Assembly: GCF_004102945.1 (NCBI RefSeq)
Contig: NZ_CP019384.1
Span: 30,001 to 62,000 of the forward strand
Direction of reading: 5' to 3'
DNA from: Candidatus Velamenicoccus archaeovorus
GTDB taxonomy: Bacteria > Omnitrophota > Gorgyraeia > Velamenicoccales > Velamenicoccaceae
DNA: 32,000 bases
The notes below the pieces were generated by a model that was given only the letters and a program-made list of their open reading frames with translations, was not told the DNA's origin and searched no databases. The position numbers were made by a program, and so were the translations under genes. How positions within the stretch are numbered: position 1 is the first letter of the stretch; the number at the start of each line of letters is the position of its first letter. Shown piece after piece: positions 1-32,000 of this stretch.

Positions 1-2
1 AG

Positions 3-32000
<31,998 letters not shown>

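Overview
One gene fills the whole window. Frame 3 of the + strand (codons at nt 3, 6, 9 ...) is open from nt 3 to nt 32000. I translated all 10,666 codons by eye and met no stop codon. The supplied ORF track has no + strand entry in that frame: every listed + ORF starts at a coordinate that is 1 or 2 mod 3. That is what a start-to-stop ORF caller returns when both ends of an ORF lie outside the window, so every ORF in the track is best explained as a shadow ORF. The window is therefore an internal fragment of more than 10.6 kaa from a giant protein. All domain calls below are by eye from motifs; no HMM or BLAST was possible. In order: a C39-like Cys peptidase (117-640); Gly/Ala/Ser-rich hydrophobic helices (750-1740); unassigned sequence; 3-4 tandem repeats of about 260 aa (4950-7700); a coiled coil (7740-8500); a second hydrophobic block (8634-10270); a TPR-like region plus coiled coil (11058-11850); a divergent SecA-like ATPase module 1 (12400-14110); and about 3.5 kb of unassigned sequence with an isolated HEFTH motif (17148). 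From 17.6 to 30.9 kb there is a beads-on-a-string series of about 20 protein-sized modules, each bounded by a (V/L/I)-S-S-P-(A) junction. These modules are: a disordered RFAD(F/L) region, a low-GC TrmB-like module, an HhH-like segment, two CheD-like Cys-His hydrolases, two twin-arginine-type leader + SLT lytic transglycosylase units, a JAB/MPN-like segment, a twin-arginine-type leader + HExxH metallopeptidase, a protein-kinase-like fold, Pro/Ser/Gly linkers, a membrane-embedded processive GT2 glycosyltransferase (27340-28870) and a GNAT-like segment. The window ends in a clear SecA-like motor module 2 (30990 onward, cut by the window edge). Three identical 37-nt perfect palindromes (20006, 22166, 30779) lie in-frame inside the ORF. 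I can support no rRNA, tRNA, CRISPR array, intergenic region, promoter or terminator. The combination of giant ORF, many hydrophobic segments, divergent SecA-like domains and cell-wall-degrading domains matches what I recall being described for metagenomic giant genes of Omnitrophota (West-Roberts et al., 2023 preprint, from memory). The origin of this sequence cannot be established from the window alone. Three things look unreported to me: the SSP-delimited module syntax, the Tat-type leaders in the middle of the polypeptide, and the in-frame palindromic elements.
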